DNA from: Phoronis australis
Lineage: Eukaryota; Animalia; Phoronida
Direction: 5' to 3'
Assembly: GCA_002633005.1 (NCBI GenBank)
Contig: NMRA01000661.1
Span: forward strand, 124,001 to 188,000
DNA length: 64,000 nt
The notes below the pieces were generated by a model. That model did not search any database, was not told the DNA's origin, and saw only the letters and a program-made list of their open reading frames with translations. The translations under genes and the position numbers were made by a program. Every line of letters starts with the position of its first letter. Positions within the stretch are counted from its first letter, which is position 1. Positions 48,401 through 60,400 of the stretch are shown here, piece by piece.

Positions 48401-51400
48401 GTATGCATATTATTTTTACGTCAGGATAGTGAAGATTGAATTCTGTAAAGAACTTGAGACGTTTGAAGGGGAGCACACTTTCAGAATCACGTCTTACTAA
48501 CAGCAGTCGTTACTTTCTTTTCAGTCACGTGAATTAACAGGCAGACAGACAGGCAGGCAGACAGCTACAAAGGGAGGAACAGACACCATGCTGGTATAAG
48601 ACGATCACCCTGTTACAACACATGCATACTTCCCACCAACATACATATGAAGTGATCACCGTAAGATAGCAGTTCATCTTGGAAAACTCGCACCCTACTA
48701 TTTCTTAATATTGCCTGCGCCAAAAATTTTTCCTGTTTGAAAAAAACGTCTCAATCCGACTGTCCGAACAAGAGGCAGCGAAATTTCAAAATTTAGACAT
48801 CCCATTGATCGACTTATGATCCCACTGTGACTCTAGTACAAGTGCACAGACTGGACTTCTGGTTACACAGCGACCCTAAGCACTAAATACAATGGAGTGA
48901 GATGCATCAACAGACAGGGCCAAAAAGTCACCAAGCGCTGGAACACTACAGTTGCCTTACCTAGTCTACATACTGGCATGGTCATGGAATCTAGTTCATG
49001 ACCATGATTAAACATTGCATTCAAATGAAGACTTTTGAAACAATGGTCTGCACTTCGTGAACCTTTCAGGAACTTACACACAGCATACACATCTATACAG
49101 CACACAACAAACTAAAAGCAACAGCTGTTCAAAGTCTTGTTAGTTAGTACTAACAAACTGACCCATTGTTCTCTTCCCAAACACAATTGTCTGTGAAATC
49201 CCATCTCTAGGCTAAAAGCAGCCATTGACACGAAAACAAAATGGCCATGTTTTTCACAATGAAATAAAGATCAACCAGTCTTAAAGTGACTTGTATTAAA
49301 AGGTATTTAACAAGCACAATTTATTTGTCACAGTTTTGTAACAAAACTCAGCTCTTGCGGACTTACATCATATTTAGATAAGATGAAAATTGGAATGTGC
49401 AAATGAAAGAGCAGAGATTTATGGGTAGTACAATTTCTTTTCACCACCTCTTGACTGTAATGAATAAACCATTTCCCATAACTTCATGCACACAAGATAT
49501 TGTACTCTAAAAAGTCAACTGTGTGTGGAGTGTATTATGTGAATCTGGACCTGTAAACTTTGATACATTATTCTTACAAGACTGTAAACTTTTTATTAAC
49601 TGGTCTCTATAAACTGCAAAGATTAAAGCTCTTGACACACAGACAAAACATGTATCACCAGCGTCAGACACACTGTGAATCAAAATGGCCACCATTACCT
49701 TTGTTGTTGTTGCCAGAAAGTGGCACGTCACCTTTCACACGCTGGCCATTGGGAGAGTTCTCTGTTTGAAAGCCAAGCGGAACATAATTACAACAGGCAT
49801 TAACAAGGGATAGTTTACCAGAATAACAATTCATCTCAAATACTTACCAATTGGAGCTGAAATCCCAATCGTTAGAGTAAATGTGTGGCCAATCTGAACA
49901 GCAATAGCAAACAACACCCTAACAGCAGAGGTGTAAAGTGATTGCGATTGATAAAAAAAAGCTCAGTGGCACTCCAAATAATATACATATCGCAAAGTTG
50001 TCATGGTGTCAGCAAATAAAATGGGCCAGAAATCCAATGTGCCAGAGGGGAACTACACTTGGCATGTGGCAACTCATAACTGAACGGCGAAATGACTGTA
50101 GGCAACTCGGCAACAAAACCACAACTTGATGAACCAGCAACAAAACCAAACCGCACGGAATGGAGACATTACAGAAACCCTAACTACACATAGTTACCAA
50201 TGTCGTTACCATACGGTATAAGAAGAGTTAACAATGGCCGAAACATCGAGGTGGATGTCAGAAGTCGACCTTCTACATTAGTAACTGCTTGCATTTGGTG
50301 TGTAGACCGAGCTTCCACTGTCGACCCAATAGAGGTCCCTTCAGTGCTCTTGGATGACATCGGATGTGAGTCATCATCGCCTGGATCGGTCTGGCTTGAC
50401 AATATTTTCATGACAGTGCTGGACATTGTGGAAGACAACCCAACTGATGCATTGTGGTTATGTTTGGGCTCATGAGACCACGGCGTCACCTGACTGATCA
50501 ACCTTTGTGTGAATTCATTCCCAGTAGCTAACCGTGCCACATGTTTGGTAGTTTGGTCACTAACACTCGTACTTCGCTCACTTGCAAGTGACTGGACATA
50601 GCCACTAGTGCTTTTAGGTAAGCTCGTTGACTTGGGACCTAAATAAGGTTTACATTTTGTTCACAACTCATTACCTGAAATGCAGAATTACAAAAAGAAA
50701 TTCATGTAATCTAGTCAGAATATCCGATATAACCGAAAATACAAACAAGCAGATCTCTACAGTTTTTGAAGCGGTCCCATACTGAAAGAGAGGCAAACTT
50801 AAGCCTTTCACCATAGGTCAACATGCACTTGCATTATTTTCAACAATGGCAATGACACATCAGTCAATTACCAGACCCAGTAACTAGTTTCTATGCAACA
50901 CACGGAGGGACGGCTAATATGGAAGCTAATGAAATAACCAGTCTCTTAAAATGTGACATTATAGCCAGACCAAAAAGATACCAATTAACAAGAGCAGCAC
51001 AAGGTGTTGACATGCAGCAACAACCCATTCCAGAAGTACATTTCTATGGGCACGTAGCTTCAAGTAAGGTACAAGGAAACCAACAACTTTACCGTAAGTC
51101 CTACCTGCAGTAGTTAGAAATGACAGAAAGTGTTGGTGCCTTCCTTGAGACAGGGACACCCAAACAAAGATAAGGGGTGTAAGGTAGTCAAATTGACAGG
51201 TGCTAGCTAGCACAGTCAAATTCCCGCAAGGTATCCCCATTGATTCTCTACCAGAATGGGTTTGATGAGGAATAACGTCCAAATTAAACTAAACTAAATG
51301 GACCATTAAGCAGTGCCATGGTAGTCCTATCTGTCCAAAAATATACCACTACATGTACACCCTCGTCCTAAACCTTCGATAGGTTTCAACTATAATTTAG

Positions 51401-54400
51401 AGACATTTTGGAATAATTTGTCAAAAATCAAAATGGCCAATAGGGAATACTACCGGTAATCAAATCCGTCTGCTCCGGGTACATTCCCAACAATACCTTA
51501 TCGTCAATTTTCCAAGATCGCTTTTTGACAATATAATCCTAAAATGCTGTTGGCAAGGAATAACTTGTGAAAAACTTCACTGGCCACTACGAGGCGCTAT
51601 GGTAGCCAAAACCAGCCAATCCATCCAAAACTGGACCCTTGACAGTGAACTTCAACATGCATACCCGAGTGAGGTTTTGAAAAACTTATTATTTATTTTT
51701 TGACAATAATGGACAGATAATGATGTTACAACATATTGTCAAAAACTGAAATGGCCACTATGGAGAAGTAGGGTGGTTGAATCTTTCCAGAAATCTGTTG
51801 ATGACACATCCCCACCTTAGTTCAGAACCTCTGTGTCAGGTTGACATCCGTCTTCAGGATCTCCAAATATCATTCAGAAAATTGATACTTTTGACAAGGA
51901 TAATAATCTTGTAGAAAGCTAAAATGTCCACTAGAGGGTGCTAGGGTAGTCAAATCAGTCTGCAGATTGCATGGTGCTGGTGCATTCTTATATACACCCA
52001 TGTATCAAGTTTCGCTAATACCTGTTGAATCATTTCGATACTAAAATCTCGTCAAGACCAAAGTGCTGCAGCAGACAAAACCAGTCTGAAAATTAACTGG
52101 TGCTGGCGGATTGCTGTCACATACCATTGCATCAAATTTCATTCAAATCTTCCAATCAGTTCTCTAGATATACCATCCGGAAACACTCTCTCTCAAAAAC
52201 ATTGACAAGCCCCACCCCTCAGGGCCAGTAAACAGAGGAACTGAAAAGTGGATTGTACCATTCTAGCCATGCCCTACATCTGTGTGCCAAGTTTTATCAT
52301 AATTCAACCAGTACCAGTGCTTTCCGAGATATTGAGCGAACATCCTCACAGGATGACGACAGTATGCAGCCCAAAATTATGATGAACAAGAGGGTCCAAC
52401 AAAGGCTAAACTGCTAACACAATCAGGAACTCGGCACAAAACAGCGATGCGAAATGTTATTGAAGGAATGCCAGAGAGATTTTCAACTAACCATAACAAT
52501 TAAAGCAAGTACATGAAAGACGGAGGAGTCAAAATGTCACCATGTGCAGACAAAAGCAATACTGATACTGAAAAATGGTCTTAACATTTCAATGGGTTCT
52601 GGCATTGTTGTAAATGTCCACAATTTCTCGAAATATTGTCCGACATGGAAGGGGTTCCACTCAACAAAAAATTCCCCTCTCAGAGGACACAGGCACCTTT
52701 TTCCACTCAGGTGATCGCGGGTCATGTATCCGAGGCGGGTCTGAGCTGGCCTTCCAAAACGAGAGAAATAAGCTCAGTATATACATGTAAGATGAGTAGA
52801 CTTGTGGGCTTATACGCCAGAAAGCAAATAGTTAGGGTTGTGCTGAAAAAAACCCGACAGATACGCTAATTATTAATTCAGTGGCCAGAAACACTTAAAC
52901 TATATCAAAAGATTAAAGAAAAACATATAAGTTAGCTGTAAGTCACACAGGTTAAATAAATCTGACTACTTTTCTAAACCACACAATTACTGAACAAACT
53001 GATCGACAGCAATCACCCGCTACGGCATTTCCTAAAAATTTCAAATAAAAACATACGCAACTGAAATTATTAAAATATTCCATTGTGATCGGCCACATAA
53101 CTTCTGCATCCTCCAGTTCAGCTAATTTTAATAAATCTTTGAAGTGAGTTAAGCACAATTTTAATTTAAGGTTAAATTATAAAAATTTTGAAAATTATTT
53201 TGGTCTTGGCCTACTACAAATCTGCCGTGTCATCGGATCAATATAGTCTTTCCATTAAAGCTGTCGTAAGAGAGGCAACTCATGCAAAATATAAAATTTG
53301 CTTAAAGGTACAGAAACGCCACTTCTAATTATATTAATGACTTAAAAATCCTTTTGAAAAGGGATAAATCTTGTTGCACAGTGTCATTTTCACGACGTAA
53401 CGGCTTTAATTATATTTCAAGATTGACCGATTTTCTAAGAGTCAGGAAATGTTTTTTTCCAGACTTCAAGTGACTCAAATAGTAAGCATTTTGACTTGTG
53501 CGCAAAATTTAAATTGATGCCCATAAGAACACGCAATCTGACCTTTTCAAATGCTCGCCCATTTCACAATCAGCATTACTCAGATGCGTTTCCCTAGATG
53601 GTGATTATGTTAGGATTGGGAAATGAACCTATTTAATCAGAATTTTCTTCTTAAATAAACACAAATTTGTAGTTTCACACCTACCTTCTACACTTGGGTT
53701 TACTTAACACCTAGCATGACGTCATTGTGACACTTGATGTTGCGAGCTATCATTTCACGCCACGATAACAAAAAACCAATGCAAATTAAATAATGTAATA
53801 TCAGAAATAAAAAATATCAAAATTGATATAAACAAGTCAATGCTGCAAAACAATGATTTTGTTACATTTATTTTAGCAAATCCTGACCAATCCCTTAACA
53901 AAACGAGCCAAAATCCAGTTACATAGTACATAGCCTAGTTGACCTGACCACCACTCTAAAGAATTACCAAACAATACTCATCCAGTTCAAGGCTCATGTT
54001 CTGCTTAACACCAAATTCTTAAATTGCAAATTTACACGTTTAACACCAATGCCTACTGTATACAAACAATGCTCCATCGAAGGAGTCCTGTTTCGCATGA
54101 ATCTTAGCTTCCAAAACGTACCCCACTTGCTTATTAACAGAAATTCCACCCGAATCCTGACTGGTGCAAGACTGCAAAGTCAATACAGCTGCCAGAGCGT
54201 TAACCCCATTGGCCATTCGTTTTCAAACACCAATACTCAATTAAATGCCCACCTCCTGACTTCTGAGTATAATAACGGCTTTAATCTGGATGAGTACTGT
54301 AGTCCATGCCTACCACCACCTTACAGTTGCATCCGTTACCCGACAACGCTACAAGATCTAGCTAACATCAAGTAGGGTCAAATGAATCAACTGAAGGGTC

Positions 54401-57400
54401 TACGCATTGTGAATACGAACTCTTGAGGGCAATTCAGTTTCCGTCACAGTTTTGAGGCTAACTTCTTGGCACTGACAAAAAATGCCAAACAAGAAGAATT
54501 CTAAATTTTTTACAAAAAGGTATGCAGCTAGATACTGGTAAAAACAGGGAGAAGCGTTTACAATGAAGTTATCATAAAATAAGGTGCACTTCCTGCAGTC
54601 TTCTAGTAGAAATTAGTTTGGCCAAATAACTGAACAATGTGACTGTTAAAATCACCGGCAACAATTGAATCATTATTTACAGGTACTACTGTCTTCAAAC
54701 ACTGGTACACGCTCAGGTGGGAGATTTTTTTCAAGACCAGTTTCCATAAAAACATATTTTTTGACAAAATTTGCTAAGCAATATATAGACAGTGTCTTTT
54801 TCAATCTGGCTCAAAGGGATGTTCATGGCCAGAAAATTAGTCTCATCCTCACCACAGAATCAAAGCCATAATTCCCACAATCGCAGTAGCCTAATCTGAG
54901 AGGGTTAAAACCCACTTGATAAACAGTAAGTATTTTCAGAGTATTGAACTGGCACTATCAGTGAATGCCAACAAACAATGGCGGGATTATCAAACATAAT
55001 TTTATGGGTCTACAATCAATATGCTGATAGTTATTCAATACTTGGTTACNNNNNNNNNNNNNNNNNNNNNNNNNNNACAAAAAACCAATGCAAATTAAAT
55101 AATGTAATATCAGAAATAAAAAATATCAAAATTGATATAAACAAGTCAATGCTGCAAAACAATGATTTTGTTACATTTATTTTAGCAAATCCTGACCAAT
55201 CCCTTAACAAAACGAGCCAAAATCCAGTTACATAGTACATAGACTAGTTGACCTGACCACCACTCTAAAGAATTACCAAACAATACTCATCCAGTTCAAG
55301 GCTCATGTTCTGCTTAACACCAAATTCTTAAATTGCAAATTTACACGTTTAACACCAATGCCTACTGTATACAAACAATGCTCCATCGAAGGAGTCCTGT
55401 TTCGCATGAATCTTAGCTTCCAAAACGTACCCCACTTGCTTATTAACAGAAATTCCACCCGAATCCTGACTGGTGCAAGACTGCAAAGTCAATACAGCTG
55501 CCAGAGCGTTAACCCCATTGGCCATTCGTTTTCAAACACCAATACTCAATTAAATGCCCACCTCCTGACTTCTGAGTATAATAACGGCTTTAATCTGGAT
55601 GAGTACTGTAGTCCATGCCTACCACCACCTTACAGTTGCATCCGTTACCCGACAACGCTACAAGATCTAGCTAACATCAAGTAGGGTCAAATGAATCAAC
55701 TGAAGGGTCTACGCATTGTGAATACGAACTCTTGAGGGCAATTCAGTTTCCGTCACAGTTTTGAGGCTAACTTCTTGGCACTGACAAAAAATGCCAAACA
55801 AGAAGAATTCTAAATTTTTTACAAAAAGGTATGCAGCTAGATACTGGTAAAAACAGGGAGAAGCGTTTACAATGAAGTTATCTTAAAATAAGGTGCACTT
55901 CCTGCAGTCTTCTAGTAGAAATTAGTTTGGCCAAATAACTGAACAATGTGACTGTTAAAATCACCGGCAACAATTGAATCATTATTTACAGGTACTACTG
56001 TCTTCAAACACTGGTACACACTCAGGTGGGAGATTTTTTTCAAGACCAGTTTCCATAAAAACATATTTTTTGACAAAATTTGCTAAGCAATATATAGACA
56101 GTGTCTTTTTCAATCTGGCTCAAAGGGATTTTCATGGCCAGAAAATTAGTCTCATCCTCACCACAGAATCAAAGCCATAATTCCCACAGTCGCAGTAGCC
56201 TAATCTGAGAGGGTTAAAACCCACTTGATAAACAGTAAGTATTTTCAGCGTATTGAACTGGCACTATCAGTGAATGCCAACAAACAATGGCGGGATTATC
56301 AAACATAATTTTATGGGTCTACAATCAATATGCTGATAGTTATTCAATACTTGGTTACCAAAGTATTATATACCTTAAAGTGCAAGTCTCAAGATTTTCT
56401 ACAATGCATGAAACGACATTTAAATTTCCTAACAAAATCTTAAGGAAGGCTCTCTTAAACCTCCATAGTAAAGAGACAACCAACAAGACATTTTTTGAGA
56501 ATCTCTCATGCATGCACCAGCGTCCTGCGCAATCCAACACGATTCCGCTCTCTTTTCACTTTGATACGGGGAGAATATTTTATCACTCATGAGACATTCC
56601 CTTACTTAAGGGAAGACACCCTTGTGCCAGACCTAAACCCTGTTGCTAACCACCTTGCAAAAAATTCTTACCATCAGTTATGAAAATAACTTCAAATACG
56701 AGTCGTGGATTTTCCTTGTTCTCTTGCTGCTCACCCACAATACACAGAATTTTTTGACAGCAGTAGTTAATTAAATATGGGTCATACATTGGCACTTTAC
56801 AAATTTGAAGTAGTCCCAAAATTTTCTAAATTTACCGAGTCCCTGGGACTAAATGACGAATGGTCACCGACAGTGCAAATCCCACTCCCACGTATGTCAA
56901 GTGAGGTCGTACCAGTCGAAGGCAATTTCAAAGCCATAAAATATGACCAAGGCAACACTACGGCAAAAAAATCAACAAGCCAGAACAATATTTGAGAAAT
57001 CCAGCCTCTATATCCTTTGTTGGCTATTGCTGAGAATGCTGAATTCACCTCAAAAACAACCGACATTCTAGTTTGAGCCATCTGATTCTTATTCAGAGTG
57101 AGACCAACCCACGCGTTCCAATTTTGCATAGTCCTGCCTACCTTGCATAACTCTCTGTCCAGCATAAGTTAGGAAAGCATTAAGGATATCTTGCAATGTG
57201 TCCCTCGACTTACTGTTAACTAGCAATGTGTATGCTGCGTTTCAAAGCACAGTCATGGTTCCCAGTATTTTCATTTTACAATAAAATTTCCTACATCCAC
57301 AAGGTATTTTTTATCATCACAACAAAATAGGCTGAGGTGATTTTTGCTAAAAATGAAAAATGCAAATGATACTTGGCTCCAGGAATTCACGAGGTGATGT

Positions 57401-60400
57401 GATTTTCTAAATTATATAATGAAATTTTCCATTAGTGTTCTTTAAGTCTTCACGCTAAATATTCATTTTCCACAGCAACTCCTTCAGTCATTGCGCAGTT
57501 TTTTCCTAATGACTGGGAACCATGAATCACGTGTATGGCTTAAAGTTAAGATACCCTGCGTTATGTTCCTTCGTTTGCCTGCCAATGTTCCAGTAGTTTG
57601 CGAAACTCTGTAGGTCCCGGTCGTGGCATCTGTCAGAGTGACTACCCGCTGTGTACTGAAGTCTGCAGCAGTATTAGTTAAACCCATGTAGCGTATGACT
57701 CGAGTGTGATCTTCAGTATATAATTGGGTCGTATTGAAATGAAGACCTACTCTCTTTTACACATTTCTGTCGAGCAGTATTTGGGTAAGTCTTCATTAAA
57801 TTAAATTTCATTTCATTAAAACATTATTGGTTATATGAGGGTGATAGTGTTTGCCAGGAGGTGAAAAAAGTTCCGTCTATCTCATTAGTACCATGATAAT
57901 AGATGATGCAAGCAATTCAGGAGAAATAACTAAACTATTATACAACAATCATTGACAAAAGAGTGGCATTATCAAACCAATACTTTGACACCCAGTGTTA
58001 CAGTGTCAGTCCTGTTATCAGACAGACTCCTCTAACATTAGTTTAATACCGTCTGATTAACTCATGAACTAAATGGAAACATGGGATTGCCCGCTTTGAC
58101 AACTAAAAGCACAGCGTACGAAAACAGACCGACGCAATATTTTTATGTCCACCAGCGGGACAAAGTCAAGGTTCTCTGCGGGTGATTGTTATGATGCACT
58201 GACACAGTTAGACTGCACTGTACACAGTGGTCAAAGTCTACCTAACATGCAAAAACACCAACATCCGTGAAACCAATGAGCGCAATATGCACAGAGTAGA
58301 AACCCCTACAGAACTATACATGGTCACATCACATGACCTGGTCGCTGAACAGGGAGGAAAAAACCTTCAAAACACAGTCTGATTAGATTCTTGTATTCGA
58401 GTGGTGACCTTGATGGCTCAGTGGACCAGAGCACTTGCATGTATTGCAGAATGTCTCCCGGCTAGAGCCCAGGTCAGGGAAAAATTATCGTTGTTCCACG
58501 TATGGTTCCGCAGAGGCACAATCTACTATACGCATACAGAACCAGACCATGAAGGTCAATCACATAACAAACAACAAACTAAAGGTACATGTATACAACA
58601 AGCGCATAATGAATGTCATCTTTCAGTTAAACGGCAGCTGACTCCTTGAGACTACACAAAACTGATAAATCAGTCTAAGTATCTTGAGACTTGACCACAA
58701 ATCTATGTCAGTGTAAATAAAGCGTGAAAGAATGACTTTTTAATAGATGAACATTTTGAACCTCAAATACGTGACTACCCAAAACTGACAAGCACTGTTC
58801 CAAGAACAAGCACGTTCTACGCAACACATATGCTCGTATTATTTTGTAACCAGCCATAACACGATTGCGAAATCAGATTATACACTCAGTTACAGTTATC
58901 TGAGCTGAGGGATGGAAACTGTGAAGTTGACATTCACTATGCACTTTAGTTACACTGTTACGAGTTCTAAGTACAGATTAGAGTTTCTGGTGGGAAAAGT
59001 TTACACTAATTGAGAAGAGACAGATGCACAAACTGACACACAATATACCTTCGATACGCAGGTCATTGCCATTAACTAATTTGACGTCTAAAAGGTCGAT
59101 TTCTGCCCATGAGGAATAACAACAAATCAAGAATAAGTCACAGATCATCGGGAGGTTGGCTTGACCTGGTAAGCCATTTAAAGAGATGAACCTATACTCA
59201 AGCAATAAAAACAGCCATTTTGTAACAAGTGTAGAGAGGCACAAACGACCTCTTAACTTAGTGAAGAAAAAGTTAAAACTGGCTAAGCCCTACTTAACCA
59301 AGTGAACAGATGGCAAGTGCAAAGCTTTGGTCTCGAAAAAAGACAAAACAGAGCTACCAAGCAATGAGAACAGACTTAGCAAAAAGCCAGTAAGGTGAGA
59401 AACATGATAAAAATGGATAAAAACTACTTACCTTAGTTGGAAAATATAATTATACTTATTGAAATGATTCTGCTCTCATATTTTTGCCTAGTACATCGAA
59501 AAATTTTGAAAAGTCTGTGATCCGGAAGACAGTGCTGTTCACCGTAATGTAGAGGATATTCCGAGCTAACGAAGTCGAGGATATTAAGGATATTCATGGA
59601 TTGAGACAAATTGAGACAGGATTAAATGTAATTTATCAAATAACGGTGGGTGGTTCTGACAAAAAAGAAATAGCTGTATACACGGAGAAATGCAGGACTT
59701 ACACTGGGAAGAATGATGGAATACAAATACTACACAAAGTCATTCTCCACTCCAAGCACTTGTAACGGGACACAACGGCAACAGCCAATCAGATGTCTCC
59801 TTACATGCGAGCAGACCACAGCACCATCGCCTGATATTGCAGTCAATCATTGACACCAACAACACATCCATACAAGGGGTCAAGGGGTCAAGGGGTCAAA
59901 GCAAGCCTGCACAAGCAAAATGCAAAACCAACAACAAACACAGGAGACAGATCACACCCTAAGATGACTGTGGGGGAGGGGGAACGCACAATTACCTGAG
60001 CTCTTTGGCCTATCTTTTTGCGGAGATTTTGTTGGAGGCACATAACTGCAGTCTTGTTTGCTTGCCTATAGAAAGAAAGGTACAACGTGCATCAGACCGC
60101 TTGCAATTGTTTTTTATGGACACATAGGTTGTCAAGGAGCATTTGTTGATAATTCAACTTGTCCCATTTTGAAACCTTAAGCTTATTTAGGACTTTTTCA
60201 ACAAATCTGTGTATTTAGTCGTAAATTTACAATTAATGTAAGTGCTATACACTTTTTTATAGAGCAAATAACGTAGAAAATAAATCCGAAACTAAAAGAG
60301 GCGAACCAGATCCTCTAAATTATACACTTGTTTGACGAAATGTAGAATAAATATACGTAAATAAAACCAAAAAATGTATCCATGAAAATTTCGGATTTAA

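Noticed and set aside
47960-48410. CRISPR-like periodic array
   Set aside because: Whole units are degenerate copies with no unique spacers, no cas genes, and a eukaryotic intron context.
50639-50690. TTTCAG|GTAATG as a recursive site or coding acceptor
   Set aside because: It would leave only a 36-nt intron, and as an acceptor it gives an in-frame TGA; unsupported.
54049-55684. Duplicated 108-aa ORF as a gene pair
   Set aside because: Antisense intronic ORF with no motif, duplicated by a probable gap-flanking assembly artefact.
56797-57165. 122-aa minus-strand ORF as a PLXDC exon
   Set aside because: No convincing phase-compatible splice sites or family similarity seen.
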